Part shown: positions 60,617-64,000 of the stretch, one piece after another
Layout of the letters: the number at the start of each line of letters is the position of its first letter
How positions within the stretch are numbered: the first letter of the stretch is position 1
Assembly (NCBI GenBank): GCA_963823665.1
Contig: CAWGMQ010000003.1
Span: 512,001 to 576,000 of the forward strand
DNA length: 64,000 bases
Direction of reading: 5' to 3'
DNA from: an uncultured Planctomycetota bacterium
Lineage (GTDB): Bacteria > Planctomycetota > Planctomycetia > Isosphaerales > Isosphaeraceae
The notes under the pieces: generated by a model
Database searches by the model: none
What the model saw: the letters and a program-made list of their open reading frames with translations, nothing else
Told to the model about the DNA's origin: nothing
Translations under genes and position numbers: made by a program

Positions 60617-60921
60617 TGCAAAACTCCCGGTAGCTAGGATCGTTGTTCTCGCATAACCATCTCGCCCCGGCCTCAATCAATCTCAAGGGCGAACGGCACG
60701 ATACACATTGATCGCAACCGGGACGGCAACCGGACGCGCTTTTCCGATGGAAAGCAAACCGAGCGGAAACGGCGCGGCGTCAAAACTGGCCAGCGGCGAT
60801 TCTTACAGAGACAACACCACAGCCGCGGGCGGCTACGCGCCCCACTTCTCCGTCCCGAACCGGAATGAGACAATGCTGCGGCATCGCAGTAACGAAACGA
60901 TCGGCCGGTGATCGGGATCGA

Positions 60922-63900
60922 ATGATGAATGAATCGAAGAGCGTCCGCGCAACCGACGGCTCGCCGCTGGTGAGCGATTCAAGCGGCGCGTCGGATGAGA
61001 GGGCAACGATATCTCGAACCGGAGAACTGCGACCGCCCGCTCAGGATACGAATGTTTCACCGGAAGGCGAACCCTCCAAAATCGGGCGCTACCGGGTCGT
61101 CCAGCGGCTGGGCGAGGGCGGCTTCGGAAGGGTTTATCTCGCGCACGACGACGAGCTCGATCGTCCGCTGGCCATCAAGCTGCCGCACCCTGAGCGCGTC
61201 GCTCAGCCCAAGGATCTGGAAGCGTTTCTCAACGAAGCCCGCATTCTTGCGAAGCTCGACCATCCCAACATCGTGCCCGTACACGACGTTGGCCGCACGG
61301 AGGATGGTGTCTGCTACATCGTCTCGAAGCTCGTCGAAGGCAGCGACCTCGCGGTCAGGATGCGACCGGCCCGGCTTCCCTTCCGGGATTCCGCACAACT
61401 GGTTGCCACCGTCGCCGACGCTCTGCACTACGCCCACACGCGAGGACTGGTTCACCGGGACATCAAGCCCGCCAACATCCTGATCGACGCAGCAGGCAAA
61501 CCCTGCGTCGCGGATTTCGGTCTCCGCCCTCAGAGACGAGGACTTCGGCAAGGGGGGAGGAGTGGCTGGCACGCCTGCCTACATGAGTCCCGAACAAGCT
61601 CGCGGCGAAGGTCACCGGGTCGATGGGCGATCCGACATCTTCAGCCTGGGCGGCGTGCTCTATGAGTTGTTGACCGGGAGAAGACCATTTCGGGGAGATT
61701 CTCTGCGGGAGGTGATGGAATCGATCAAGACTACCGAGCCTCGTCCACCGCGCCAGATCGACGACACGATCCCCAAGGAACTGGAGCGGATTTGCCTGCA
61801 AGCGCTCTCCAAGCGGGCTCGCGATCGGTACACGACTGCCAGGGATATGGCTGAAGACCTTCGTGCATTCCTCCAGAATCCAGGAAGTGCGGTGACGCCT
61901 GCCGCGGCCGCTGTTTCCGCGAGCCCGCAACCCGGGGCGCCACTGGAATCCGCTCCTGCCACGCCGACTACCGGCAAATACGCGTCGGGCTCCAGGCCCG
62001 TCAAGATCGTCCCCAAGGGGCTGCGATCCTTCGATGAGCATGACGCCGACTTCTTCCTGGAATTGCTGCCCGGCCCGTTCGACCGGGACGGATTGCCTGA
62101 CAGCATCCAATTCTGGAAGCGGAAAATCGAGCAGATCGATCCGGATCTGACATTCAAGGTCGGGCTGATCTACGGTCCCTCGGGTTGCGGTAAGTCATCG
62201 CTCGTTAAGGCCGGCATCCTGCCCCGGCTGGGCCCTCATGTTCTTCCCGTTTACATCGAGGCAACTCTGGATGAGACAGAGGCGCGATTGCTCAAAGGAC
62301 TGCGCAAGACCTGCCCGGAACTGGCTCGAGGATTGGGGCTCGTCGACTCGCTGGCGACGTTGCGAAGAGGACGGATCTTGCCCCCCGGCGCAAGGTTCTG
62401 CTGGTGCTCGACCAGTTTGAACAATGGCTGTTTGCCAGGCGAGGTGAAAAGGACACGGACCTGGTCGCCGCGCTGCGTCACTGCGATGGCGAACATCTCC
62501 AGGCGCTCGTGATGGTGCGGGATGATTTCTGGATGGCGGCAACCCGGTTCATGAGCGACCTGGAGATCCGCCTCCTTGAAAGGGAGAACTCGGCGGCCGT
62601 CGATCTCTTCGATCTCGATCACGCCCTCAAGGTCCTGGTGGCATGTGGTCGCGCATTCGGCAGACTCCCCGAGAATTCATCGGATCGCTCGAGCGACCAG
62701 ATCGCCTTCCTCGAGGAATCCGTGAACGGACTGGCCGAAGAGGGCAAGGTGATTTCTGTCCGCCTGGCGTTGTTCGCCGAGATGATGAAGAGCAAGGCCT
62801 GGATACGGTCCACACTCGAGGACGTGGGCGGCACCAAGGGTGTCGGTGTCACATTTCTGGAAGAGACCTTCGGCGCATCGACTGCCCCGCCCGAGCACCG
62901 CCTTCACCAGAAGGCGGCCCAGGCCGTGCTGAAAGCACTGCTTCCCGAGACCGGCACCGACATCAAGGGCCAGATGATATCACGTCAAGACCTGCTCGAG
63001 GCATCGGGCTACGCGAAGCGGCCCACAGAGTTCGATGATGTGATTCGCATACTCGACTCCGAGCTTCGACTGATCACTCCCACCGACCCGGACGGTTTCT
63101 CGGGCGACAACCCGGCGACCTTGATGAGCGGGCAATACTACCAGCTCGCACATGACTACCTGGTTCACCCGCTCCGAGACTGGCTGACCCGAAAGCAACG
63201 GCAGACTCGCCGGGGGCGTGCCCAGATTCTGCTGGCCACCGCCGCGCAATCGTGGGGTGTGAATCCGCGAAGACAGAGCCTGCCAAGCTTCACTGAATGG
63301 CTGCGCATCCTGGCACTCACGAGGCGAGACAAGTGGACGCCGCTCGAGCGCCGCATGGTGAAAGCCGCCGCGCGAAGTCATCGAGCAAGGTTAGTGTTCG
63401 TGCTTTTCATACTGGCACTTTCGTGCGCTGTGCCGTTCTTCGGCGCCCAGTACATCAGGGCGGTCTTGCTGGAACATCAGTACAGCATAGAACTTGGAGA
63501 TCCCGTGACGGAGATCGACGAGATGAATTATCTACGCTTCTGGATTGACCCCATGCTTCAGTCCAGGCTCGCCGATGCGAAGAAGGACAACGACGCGGAT
63601 CGGATCGGACGGTATGCCGCGGCACTCGTTCCCACCCATCCCGAGGTGCGGAATGACCTGTACCCGCTTGCTTTTCCAGCGAGGCATTATTCTGGCGCGT
63701 ACCATGACTTCAAAAGCCGCAAAAAAATCACTTTCATACATACAATTCTAAAAAAATATGATCCTGACTATGCGACCTGGCTTTGGGAAATTGCGGCGGA
63801 CAGGGGCCAGGACATGTCGCATCGGTACTTTGCAGCCGCGACGCTGGAAGACATCGATCCTGCCAGTGCACGATGGCCTGCAGTCGCCTTGAACATCATC

Positions 63901-64000
63901 ACGGACCATGATTTTTCAGTGAATCCATCTCTTTCTTTCAGTAAGGTGGGAGGGTCTCTCAAGAACCCCGATCTGCAAACGCACTTCAGGAAACCCTTGC
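60922..64000 (+). CDS. Ser/Thr kinase fused to a STAND-type P-loop NTPase; runs off the window (frameshifts ~61525, ~62390)
   Basis: [69 protein letters not shown]; frame 1 open from 62401 to the end. Confidence 0.9.

Overview
GC-rich bacterial DNA that reads as Planctomycetota (Isosphaeraceae/Singulisphaera-like), judged from LE.R.LLS-type secreted proteins, Ser/Thr kinases, an N-terminally extended L9 and planctomycete-style REP palindromes. About 14 genes carry single-base frameshifts, so this is probably an unpolished long-read assembly and individual pseudogene calls are unsafe. 0-11 kb: Uma2 nuclease, recN, dnaB, two aspartyl-protease/PDZ paralogs, a D-amino-acid oxidase, rplI and ssb. 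11-13 kb: a decayed SGNH-carbamoyltransferase-DUF5989 cluster. 13-20 kb: an N-methylglutamate methylamine module (mgsABC-like, gmaS) in which a monomeric sarcosine-oxidase-type flavoprotein follows gmaS and mgdABCD is absent from the window. 27.6-39 kb: an accessory island with GT4, GT2-TPR, TylF, several palindromic repeat families (two inserted in-frame in the GT2), three HUH/Y1 transposase remnants, an MNT-HEPN pair and a lower-GC cargo gene between GGTGGGTGTC inverted motifs. 39-64 kb: mostly exported and signalling proteins plus a Panacea-type TA pair. Best candidate for an undescribed system: a GxxExxY PD-(D/E)XK nuclease gene (49131-49504) bracketed by inverted triplets of a 9-bp repeat, next to an empty copy with a perfect 31-bp inverted repeat that keeps a trace of the nuclease 3' end at identical spacing. 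About a dozen further arms of the same triplet architecture lie at 23.6 kb and 30.5-34 kb. This looks like a nuclease plus non-autonomous-repeat system analogous to RAYT/REPIN. No rRNA, tRNA or CRISPR array was found. All family names come from motif recognition, not database searches.
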